Assembly (NCBI GenBank): GCA_964016885.1
Contig: OZ024740.1
Coordinates: 806,001 to 870,000 of the forward strand
Source of the DNA: Eledone cirrhosa
Taxonomy: Eukaryota
DNA: 64,000 nucleotides
Direction of reading: 5' to 3'
Below are positions 18,775-26,894 of this stretch, in pieces. Both the position numbers and the translations under genes were made by a program. How positions within the stretch are numbered: position 1 is the stretch's first letter; every line of letters starts with the position of its first letter. The notes under the pieces are model-generated. The model did no database searches. It saw only the letters and a list, made by a program, of their open reading frames with translations, and was not told the origin of the DNA.

Positions 18775-18990
18775 ATTTACATTATTCTATATATAGTACT
18801 ATATTTTCAAAATAAAGCCTTTATCTCCAAAAACTATCTCACCTAATATGTAATCAATGAGATTTTGATATTATTTATTTTCAGAACAATACCTTAACAT
18901 CAGTATGAGCGACCAGTTACGGCTGGTTTGAACAGATAGAGATGAGATAATTCTGGCTGGACATGGCCGGTTTAAATACTAAATGATTAA
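18775..18990 (-). mobile_element. Diverged piggyBac-like MITE body and terminus fused to the end of the 16-bp array
   Basis: Aligns by eye along its length with the reverse complement of 25874-26084 (e.g. gagattttgatattatttattttcagaacaataccttaac vs aagattttgacattagttattttgagaataataccttaac; gtttgaacaga; gagataattctggc). Ends in a degenerate TIR taaatactaaatga plus TTAA (18987-18990). Confidence 0.88.
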
Positions 18991-19069
18991 TGACTAAAAG
19001 AGCCTTTTAACCTACCTGCTTTCTACTTTGAAAAATGTTAATAATGTTTAGATTCCATTATAACAAAAC

Positions 19070-19145
19070 TTACGGGGTTGATAATATAAAGTACCAGTAA
19101 TGTACTGGGTAATTACTGGCCTTGTGCCAAAAGTAGAAACAATTA
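19070..19145 (+). mobile_element. SINE-like 3' fragment
   Basis: ggggttgataatataaagtaccagt...tactggg...ggccttgtgccaaaa. The same motif (ggttgataaaataaagtac) recurs at ~24477-24495. It resembles cephalopod SINE tails, from memory only. Confidence 0.5.
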
Positions 19146-19193
19146 TAACAAAACTTTTCATCAAATATATTCCAAATGTTTCATATTCTGCAG

Positions 19194-19351
19194 TTCTGTT
19201 CTCCAAAGATAATCAACCAGTTTTAGACCTGATTCAGACAGAATCGCAAACAAATTTCTCACCTATAAAGTTTGCTAACAGCTACTGGGACTACAATGCC
19301 TTCTCGTTTCTAATGTCATCAGGTGCAATTAGTGAAGCTGTTATTGTCAAG
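19194..19351 (+). CDS. Internal exon A of a host gene (xLFSKDNQPVLDLIQTESQTNFSPIKFANSYWDYNAFSFLMSSGAISEAVIVK)
   Basis: Acceptor ttctgcag|, donor AAG|gtctgt. Open frame, phase 1 to phase 0. Non-repetitive composition. Confidence 0.65.
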
Positions 19352-19479
19352 GTCTGTATTTTAATTCTTCATGCCATAGCTTAATTCTAAAACTGATAAT
19401 TTATCTATTTAGATTATCAGGAATAATTAAGACAAATAAAATATTTAAATTGGGATTTATTAATTTCTTTTGTTGTTAG

Positions 19480-19715
19480 TAATTTGATTTAAATTTATAT
19501 ATTTTTTTTTAGTTTTATTTAAATTTCTATAATTTTTAAAATTTTATCCAAATTTCTATAATTTTTTTAATTTGATTTAAATTTCTATATTTTTTTTAGT
19601 TTTATTTAAATTTCTATATATTCTTTTTTAGTTTCATTTAAATTTCTATAATATTTTTAATCTGATTTAAATTTCTATAATTTTTTAAATTTGATTTAAA
19701 TTTCTATAATTTTCT
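19480..19715. repeat. AT-rich ~30-bp intronic minisatellite (aatttgatttaaatttctataattttttt-like)
   Basis: About 7-8 imperfect copies containing atttaaatttctata, lying between exons A and B. Confidence 0.8.
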
Positions 19716-19727
19716 TTTAAACTTCAG

Positions 19728-19794
19728 GTGCTCCTTGAATGTGCTTATAAAAATGATACATTGATGTATAATTACTCAGTTCCTATAGAGAAAG
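19728..19794 (+). CDS. Internal exon B (VLLECAYKNDTLMYNYSVPIEK+G)
   Basis: Acceptor ttttaaacttcag|, donor AAAG|gtcagt. 67 bp, phase 0 to 1, in frame with exon A. Confidence 0.7.
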
Positions 19795-19805
19795 GTCAGT
19801 ACTAA

Positions 19806-19930
19806 CATATGTGTACATATATATATAATATATATAATATATATATCATATATGTGTACATACATATATAATTTATATATATAATATATATATAATACAT
19901 ATATATATAATTTATATATATAATATATAT
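19806..19930. repeat. Compound (AT)n / catatatgtgtaca module, left part
   Basis: The same modules (tatcatatatgtgtacatacatatata, taatttatatatataat) continue at 21291-21541 and 22677-22692. Confidence 0.85.
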
Positions 19931-20032
19931 TCAGTAGTTAAGCAAATCAAGACCACAAGCTCACATATAAGACATTAGTCGAAAAGTATCAACATTAACT
20001 GCAGTTTAATATAAAAAAGGGGTAATAATGTC

Positions 20033-20157
20033 AGTTTACAATTGTTTCACTACTCCATATAATGTTTCTGGATCAATCGATGGTAATATTGTTATTGATT
20101 TGGTTCAGAGAAAGATAATTAACATAGAATAATATTATGGAACAGGTCCTCAGAACT
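20033..20157 (-). ncRNA. Type I hammerhead ribozyme motif (PLE-associated)
   Basis: Minus strand reads AGTT-CTGAGGA-C-CTGTTCCATA...TATGGAGTAG-T-GAAAC-AATT-GTA-AACT. It has both catalytic boxes, stem I AGTT/AACT, a 10-bp stem II with G-U pairs, and a palindromic mini stem III. Confidence 0.72.
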
Positions 20158-20585
20158 TAAAGTTAGATAATGAAAATATTAATATTTATAAAGTAGAAAT
20201 AAAAATAAAATAAAATAAGAGGGTTACGTGTCTGTAAATAATCGTCAGATTAGCAGGTCCCTTGGCACTGGAAAATTCAAGTGTATGGTATAAAGAAACG
20301 TTACATATCTGTCGAGGCTGAAGGTAAACAATGCCGTCTAACGCACAACAAAATGGCTTCTTGTAGGGAAATTACCTTATTGTACAGAGATGGGTTTCAG
20401 GGGAGGCAACTCCTTGAAGATCCAAGTGCGACAATGAGAGTTGTAACTAAGATAATGAAAAGAGGTAGCTTATAGGTAAAGTTATAATGAGATATGTGAC
20501 TAAGATAATGCTAAGGAGGTAACTTATAGGTGTTTACGTGGAGGACTAAATATGTTTTAATTTGTTAGTTATAGTAAATGATAGG

Positions 20586-21158
20586 CTAAGGTGGGTCAAA
20601 TATTCTGTTAGCAAAGGAGCTCGCTCTGCGGTGGTGGCAGTTGATGACCAACTCATTCCTGTCATTTATGGGGGGTGGCCTTGACAGAGTTATGTGATAG
20701 GCCTCGGTGAGACAGAGATCGCAACAATTTCTTCTCCCATTAAACGCTGGAGATCTAGCCAAGATAACCCAAGTTAGTGAGTGTTCAATGTTGGCTAGTT
20801 TAAGGTTTTTAACGAGCCTAGCTAGAGAAGTAGAGCATCTATGGCCAGGGTCGTGGAAGGAAAATGAGTGCGCGTTATATCGAACCTTAAATGGGTTAGA
20901 TTTAGAGCCAATATAGGAGTTAGTAGATGAGGCCATTCTAACGATGCACCTATATACGATATTGGGCGTAAGGCACTGCCCGTTAAGCAGGCATGCAGTG
21001 GGGTTACGGCAGTTGCAATTAGGATTGCGATTAATGGGAGGAGGGTTGTTTAAACTATGCGGCTGGTGTGTACTAGAGGCATTGGAGGGGGGAGTTCTGC
21101 TACTAGGATAAGTATTGGTGTGGTTGCGTGGTGTACTTATAGGGGGTGGTGGTGTCAC
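20586..21158 (-). pseudogene. GIY-YIG (Uri) endonuclease domain of the Penelope-like element
   Basis: VY...YIG motif, conserved R (KVRY), E (LCLTE) and N (INDRNE), plus a Cys-rich linker, as in PLE endonucleases. The upstream linker appears disrupted near the poly-G run at ~21160-21171, and the RT is absent. Confidence 0.85.
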
Positions 21159-21290
21159 AGGGGGGGGGGGAGTTATATTTTTTTAGTTTATGATGGTTGC
21201 TAAATGCGATGTGGTTAGCTAAGTTCGGTGTGGTGGAGAAGGAGATTTTTATATTGTTTTTATTAAAGAGTTTGTAATATCTATGGTTTT

Positions 21291-21541
21291 ATATATATAT
21301 ATATATATATATAATACATACATATATAATTTATATATATAATACATATATCATATATGTGTACATACATATATATATAATTTATATATATAATATATAT
21401 ATCATATATGTGTACATATACATATATATATAATTTATATATATAATATATATATATATATAATACATATATATATATAATTTATATATAAAATATATAT
21501 ATATTATATGTCTACATATATATATATATAATTTATATATA
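21291..21541. repeat. Compound (AT)n / catatatgtgtaca module, right part
   Basis: Repeated tatcatatatgtgtaca and taatttatatat modules matching 19806-19930. Confidence 0.85.
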
Positions 21542-22676
21542 CTAGCTGACGTACCCAGCTTCGCCTGGGTAAACAGATGATAAGAGAAGACAGGTAAAAG
21601 AGAACATGACTGTATTGGATGTTTGTCTGGTTACAGTATGAGGCGAGTCCATGGTGTCTGTGTGATACAGAAAACAGTAAAAAAAAATCTTCCAGATATA
21701 CCAGATTTTTCGTTGTATCGTTTGTGCATAGTATATGAACAATTCTAGGTGCCCCCACCTAGAATAGTGACCTCTAGGAGATTATTCATCTTCTGCCTGA
21801 CTGTAAAACGTGTATCATTGCATAGACGTGGTTGTTCCACGTTTCTCAAAAGGATGATGGAAGTTCCAATCTTTTATATTATATGTAGATATAGATATAG
21901 ATAATTAATATAAAAAATGATGCTCAGCCAGTTCGTCTTTAACCATCGCAGCACGCCGTCGCTGCTTGGCTCCAGTGTTTCGTTGGCGTCATTCAGCCAG
22001 CTCCTCTTCTTTCATGGCGGCACATCTTCGCCTCTGAAGTTCGGTGTTCCGATGGTGCTGTTCGGGCCCGTTTTTCTTCATTCCTGGCTGCACGCCGTCG
22101 CCGCTGTAGTTCACTGTTTGATAAAGTCGAACTGCTTTTATTATCAGTATTCACTTCGAGCAATTGTCAAAAAATGACACAATAATAAATATAAAAGATG
22201 TCTGTCAATGTAAAAAAATGTCCCTATTTACTCCCTTCACAACTCTGTGTATGTTAGACTGACAGACAGGCACACAGACAGATAAACTGCGTGGCGATTG
22301 TGGAACGCCCCACGTACACACACATACACGCATGGAAACGCGCACATGCATGCAAACTTACACACACACCCGTGCACTTACACACACTTACACACTCACA
22401 CATGTTGATAGTTTTTACTTTCTGTGGAACGCTGCACGCACGCACACACACACATAAACATACGCGCACGTACATACACACGCACACATGGTAATAGTTA
22501 CAGCGTTCACTTTGCCTCTCTGTTTCTTACTCTCCCCTCTCACTCCCTCATTGGCATTATGCATATTAATTTAAGTTTGGCGTCATTGAGGTGGGCAGAG
22601 TCGTTTGAAACCTATGAACCAATGATAATCGAGAATTATGACACACGGAATACTGACGTTAAAATTAATATATAGA
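21542..22676 (-). mobile_element. Non-autonomous Helitron
   Basis: Minus strand begins A|TCTATATATTAAT (22676) and ends with hairpin TACCCAG-gcgaag-CTGGGTA, 6 nt, then CTAG|T (21542). It is inserted in an A|T dinucleotide with no TSD. It has internal (GACA)n/(CA)n tracts and decayed 23-aa Arg/Glu repeats. Confidence 0.82.
22255..22490. repeat. Degenerate (GACA)n/(CA)n microsatellite inside the Helitron
   Basis: gacagacaggcacacagacaga; cacacacacatacacg... Confidence 0.85.
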
Positions 22677-22693
22677 TAATATATATATCATAA

Positions 22694-24221
22694 TTCTGTC
22701 TGAACAACGGTGCTACTCCAGAACAGTGGAAAACTGCCAGTGTCGTTCCTCTGTTCAAAAAGGGTGACCGCACATCACCTGTGAACTATCGTCCAGTCAG
22801 TCTTACTAGCTGCATTGCCAAACTGATGGAATCCTGTGTCAGAGAAACACTTTGGAACTTCTGGAACTCTCACAGTCTTATCCGGCCCTAGCAATTTGGG
22901 TTTATCCCTAACTCCAGCTACTGTGATCAACTTATCGAGTTTCTTGAAGACATCACCCGGATCACTGATGGCGGCTCATGGGTGGATGTTGTTTACCTTG
23001 ACTTTGCTAAAGCTTTCAATTCTGTGCCATACAAAAGACATGACAAAACTCTCTGCAATGGGTGTGAAGCATGACCTTTTTAACTGGTTGAAGTTCTTCA
23101 TTCTCAGTCGAAGAGAGGAAGTGACGGTTCTAGGACAGCATTCTTGACTGTATGAGATGTCATCTGATGTACCACAGGGATCTGTTTTTGGTCCCCTTTT
23201 GTTTGTGGCATATATTAATGATATAGATGCCAACTTAAAGAATGCCACAGTACTGAAATATGCAAATGAAATCAGGCTGTACCTTGAGATAAAAAGGACA
23301 GATCCTGAACACTATAGATCTTTCCTGCAATCAGACCTGGTCACAATGCAACAATGGATCACAGACTGGCAACTCAAGTTGGCTGTGGACAAGTGTACCA
23401 CCATGCATTTTGGGAGTAAAAACCCAGCGTCCACATACTCCCTCCACAACACTAATATCAAGATGTCTTTTTGTGAACATGACCTGGGCATTACGGTCAG
23501 CAGCAATTTGCGTTGGACAAAGCACGTCTCTAAAATTCTCAAGAAGGCCGAGGGTGTCTTAGCATCACTCAGCAAGACCTTTGTCAGCCGCTCTCCAGCT
23601 ATCTATTTAAAGCTTTACGTAGCTATGGTGCGGCCACACTTGGAATTTGCATCACCAGTCTGGAACCCCTATCTTGCTCAGTATATTGACTACCTGGAAA
23701 CTGTTCAGAGACGTTCAACCAAGCCAATACCCTCCATCAGGCATCTACCATACTCTGAACGCCTTGCTTCCCTGGGCATGGATACATTGAAGCTCCGACG
23801 TCTGGCAACTGACTTGGTAAACACCCACAAAATTGTTAACCATCTTGCCAACAATAACCCTGAGCACTTTTTTGAATTCCATGTGTCTAACACACGTGGA
23901 CATACCTACAATGTCAGAAAACAGCACAGCTCCCATGACTTTCAGAAACATTTTTTCACGCCCAGAGTTGCTGAAGCATGGAACAACTACCTGCATCAGT
24001 TGTTAGCTGTCGAGACACTGCATTCTTTAAAACCTCCAGGCTTCCTGAAATTTGCCAACACTACAACTGATATCCCCCCTCCATACACACGCACACATGT
24101 ATATCATGACTCATACACTGTACACCTTCCTGACATTTGTACATTCTATTCACTATACATGCATCTTTGATGAGTTGTAGTGCACCTGAGCACTGTACAC
24201 AATAATTTCATTATTATTATT
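22694..24221 (+). mobile_element. 5'-truncated CR1/L2-type LINE, decayed reverse transcriptase plus 3' UTR and (TTA)n tail
   Basis: Encodes WKTASVVPLFKKG..NYRPVSLTSCIAKLMES, QFGF, DVVYLDFAKAFNSVP, VPQGSVFGPLLF.AYIND, KYANE (degenerate YADD) and VRPHLEFASPVWNP. Has in-frame stops and frameshifts. Ends cattattattattaa. Confidence 0.93.
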
Positions 24222-24439
24222 AACATAAACCACTGCCTCATGGCCCCGGTGGACAGGATGGAGAAGACAACTCCAGAGGATGGCAAAGGAGACACGCTGG
24301 AACCAAACTACAGAAGGACAATCTTCGTCTTTAATTTATGTTAACATTTCGTATTCTATCAACTGATTACCATTGATATTGATTGCAAAATCAATTGATT
24401 GGTAGACAACACTGTCTAGTTATATACCTAGTCAAACAA

Positions 24440-24496
24440 TCCTACCAGAATCAAGTTTCAATTTTCATCCTTCCAAGGTTGATAAAATAAAGTACA
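24440..24496 (+). mobile_element. SINE-like fragment interrupted by the second LINE piece (appears to resume at ~25326-25350)
   Basis: ttttcatccttccaaggttgataaaataaagtac, then after the LINE tail ttaatactggggattgatttatc. Compare with the uninterrupted aaagtaccagtaatgtactggg at 19088-19109. Confidence 0.5.
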
Positions 24497-25325
24497 CTCG
24501 CGGGCATGCCTACAAAGTCAGAAAATATTACAGCTCCCATGAATTTATATTCAGAGTTGCTGAAGCATGGAACAAACTATCTGCATCAGTTGTTAGCTGT
24601 CGAGACACTGCATCCTTCAAAACCTCCATGGAACAAACTACCTGCATCAGTTGTTAGCTGTCGAGACACTGCATCCTTCAAAACCTCCATGGAACAAACT
24701 ACCTGCATCAGTTGTTAGCTGTCGAGACACTGCATCCTTCAAAACCTCCATGGAACAAACTACCTGCATCAGTTGTTAGCTGTCGGGACACTGCATCCTT
24801 CAAAACCTCCATGGAACAAACTACCTGCATCAGTTGTTAGCTGTCGAGACACTGCATCCTTCAAAACCTCCATGGAACAAACTACCTGCATCAGTTGTTA
24901 GCTGTCGGGACACTGCATCCTTCAAAACCTCCATGGAACAAATTACCTGCATCAGTTGTTAGCTGTCGAGACACTGCATCCTTTAAAACTTCCATGGAAC
25001 AAACTACCTACATCAGTTGTTAGCTGTCGAGACACTGCATCCTTCAAAACCTCCATGGAACAAACTACCTGCATCAGTTGTTAGCTGTTGGGACACTGCA
25101 TCCTTCAAAACCTCCATGCTTCCTGAAATTCACCAACACTACACCTGATATCCCCCCTCCATACACATGCACACATGTATCTGTGTATATCATGACTCAT
25201 ACACTGTTCACTTCCCTGACATTTGTACATTATTCTATGTACTATACATGCACCTTTGATCAGTTGTAGTGTACCTTAGCACTGTACACAATAATGTATT
25301 TTCATTATTATTATTATTATTATTA
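24497..25325 (+). mobile_element. Second 3' fragment of the same LINE family, with internal minisatellite and (TTA)n tail
   Basis: Matches 23891-24221 (tacaaagtcagaaaa...ctcccatga; cagagttgctgaagcatgg; tatcccccctccatacac; gcactgtacacaataat). Ends (tta)n. Confidence 0.93.
24566..25114 (+). repeat. 61-bp minisatellite x9 derived from the LINE 3' end
   Basis: Unit catggaacaaactacctgcatcagttgttagctgtcgagacactgcatccttcaaaacctc starts every 61 bp from 24566 to 25054. A single copy is present in the first LINE at ~23977-24036. Confidence 0.97.
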
Positions 25326-25460
25326 CTTAATACTGGGGATTGATTTATCATTTTTGTTACCATATTTCTAATAAAAATGCTGCCTATGAATTTTAATTAA
25401 TTTTGAAAATAATCAAAAATTCTAGGACTACCTAATCCAATCTATTCTTCTTATTTTTAA

Positions 25461-25869
25461 CCCTTTTTGTACCTAGTTACATAAAACCAACCCTACTCTT
25501 ATGATACACAGCTGTATATTTTCAAATATTCATGCTTACTGTATTTCTCGGCATCGAAGATGCTACTTTTTTCCTAAAATAAGTCTCAAAAATCTACCAT
25601 GCGTCGTGGAAGCCAAAGGTTATTTATTATTTTTTTTCAAAATTTTGGTTGTCAAAATTAAGGTGGGTCCTTGAGGATGAAGCGTCTTCGACGCCGGGAA
25701 ATACGGTATATCAAATGATTTTCTTAAGAATTTTTCAAGTGACATTATAAACACCAACTTACTAATGAAAAAATTGATAATTTTATTAAATTCTTCCAAT
25801 TTTTTTTTTATTATTTTCAAAATTGAAACATTGGAAGTGAATTTCATTAGTAATGCAGTTAAAAAAGGA
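25461..25869. mobile_element. Older TTAA-flanked piggyBac-like MITE (degenerate TIRs)
   Basis: TTAA|CCCTTTTT... at 25457-25468 and ...AAAAAAGGA|TTAA at 25861-25873. Its right end resembles the reverse complement of the fragment at ~25345-25425. Confidence 0.5.
25539..25706. mobile_element. Tc1/mariner-superfamily (Tc2/pogo-like) MITE with TA TSD
   Basis: TA|ctgtatttctcggcatcgaagatgct ... agcgtcttcgacgccgggaaatacgg|TA. The 26-bp TIRs match at 22/26. Confidence 0.85.
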
Positions 25870-25873
25870 TTAA

Positions 25874-26084
25874 CCCTTTAGCATTTAAACTGGCCGTATC
25901 TGGCCAGAATTATCTCACCTCTTTCTGTTCAAACTGGCTGTAACCGGCCACTCATACTAACGTTAAGGTATTATTCTCAAAATAACTAATGTCAAAATCT
26001 TGTAGATTCAATAATACATGAGATAATTAAGTGTTTACCATGAAAATATAATAGTAAATATAGAGTAATGTAAATGCTAAAGGG
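25874..26084 (+). mobile_element. Intact 211-bp piggyBac-like MITE
   Basis: TTAA at 25870-25873 and 26085-26088. Perfect 14-bp TIRs CCCTTTAGCATTTA / TAAATGCTAAAGGG. The right subterminus contains aaatatagagtaatgtaaa, the reverse complement of the 16-bp satellite unit. Confidence 0.92.
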
Positions 26085-26304
26085 TTAAGACAGCAGGGTG
26101 TGATTTCAGAGATTTGGCTCCTATTTCTAGCAGGGCAAGTAACCATGTTCAAGTTCTTCTTGTAACTAAGTGACTATAGAATCACTGCATTGCTATTTTC
26201 AATGCCGCATGTTGTTGTTGTTGTTGTTGTCATCATCATTGTTGTTGTCTATTAGTTTGTCAGACAACAATCTCTAACTGTATATAACTGGTTTCTGTTC
26301 CTAG

Positions 26305-26379
26305 AAAGCTGTGAACTCTCCTGTGGTGGAGGTGGAGATCTTTATGAATGTTCTTGCTTGTGTAAAAATGGTAGAGGAG
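26305..26379 (+). CDS. Internal exon C, Cys-rich EGF-like segment (ESCELSCGGGGDLYECSCLCKNGRG)
   Basis: Acceptor gtttctgttcctag|, donor GAG|gtaggt (alternative donor at 26370|gtagag, same phase). 75 bp, phase 1-1, compatible with exon B. C-x3-C...C-x-C-x-C-x2-G spacing is EGF-like. Confidence 0.62.
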
Positions 26380-26629
26380 GTAGGTTGCAAATAGATTTTT
26401 TTTTTCTTGCAACACTTTTAGAATGTGCTACTACTACCACCACCACTACAACACCACCACCACCATTTTATACCATATTGAGAAGGGGGCAGGGATCAAG
26501 CCATTTGGTATTAGGATGCACATACAGCCATAGAAACGAAGCCCAGAATGAAGAGTAGGAGCAAGATGCAGCCAACAAACCCTAACCCTTTAATAATGGA
26601 GCTTTGGAGGTCCACTTCTCAATTGGTTA

Positions 26630-26890
26630 ACATCATCACCACCATCACTACTATCATCATTATCATCATTGTTGTCATCATCATCATTACCACTACTCTC
26701 ATCACCACCATCACCATCATCAACATCATCACTACCACCACTATCATCATTATCATCAACATCATCGCCACCATCATCGTTGTGGACATCAATAACATCA
26801 TCGCCTCCACCATCATCATCATCATCAACATCTTCACCACCACTGCCACCACCACCACCACCATCATCAGCAACAACGCCGCTGCTGCCG
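26630..26890. repeat. Degenerate (CAT/CAC)n trinucleotide repeat
   Basis: catcatcaccaccatcactact... over ~260 bp. Smaller (GTT)n/(CAT)n at ~26210-26250 and (ACC)n at ~26430-26465. Confidence 0.9.
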
Positions 26891-26894
26891 CCAA

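Larger units (their letters stand above)
1..18790. repeat. 16-bp tandem satellite array, consensus TACA(T/C)TACTCTATA(T/A)T, roughly 1150 units, open at the left window edge
   Basis: Direct 16-bp periodicity (tacattactctatatt / tacactactctataat). The ORFs repeat every 16 aa (=3 units). Occasional shortened units such as actctaaattaaatt occur. The + strand has almost no G. Confidence 0.98.
19931..21290 (-). mobile_element. 5'-truncated Penelope-like retroelement (end of ORF, GIY-YIG endonuclease, 3' region)
   Basis: The minus strand at ~21285-21200 encodes HRYYKLFNKNNIKISFSTTPNLANHIA (typical PLE RT-EN linker). It is followed by CNCRNPTACLLNGQCL..VY..YIG...FKVRYNAH..CDLCLTE..NELV.C.H. Flanked by (AT)n on both sides. 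Confidence 0.88.

Noticed and set aside
19100-19384. 94-aa single-exon ORF
   Set aside because: Its N-terminus lies in a SINE-like fragment. Only 19194-19351 has splice signals and is kept as exon A.
20447-20532. Two copies of actaagataatg..gaggta.cttataggt
   Set aside because: Small local duplication within the Penelope 3' region, with no further structure evident.
23157-24170. 337-aa RT ORF as a functional gene
   Set aside because: 5'-truncated, the catalytic YADD reads YANE, and upstream motifs are broken by stops and frameshifts.
24225-24330. GC-richer segment after the LINE tail, possibly an exon or TE fragment
   Set aside because: No convincing splice sites or recognisable motif.
24566-25114. 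CRISPR-like appearance of regular repeats (also the 52-bp array)
   Set aside because: Head-to-tail units with no unique spacers, no cas genes, and a eukaryotic TE context.
25870-26088. TAACCC/GGGTTA motifs as telomeric repeats
   Set aside because: Single copies that are simply the TTAA target site plus the CCC terminus of the MITE.
26422-26507. Possible extra exon (ECATTTTTTTPPPPFYTIL...) after a tttag acceptor, in frame with exon C
   Set aside because: It would need a 42-51-bp intron and is mostly (ACC)n microsatellite. Unresolved without RNA data.
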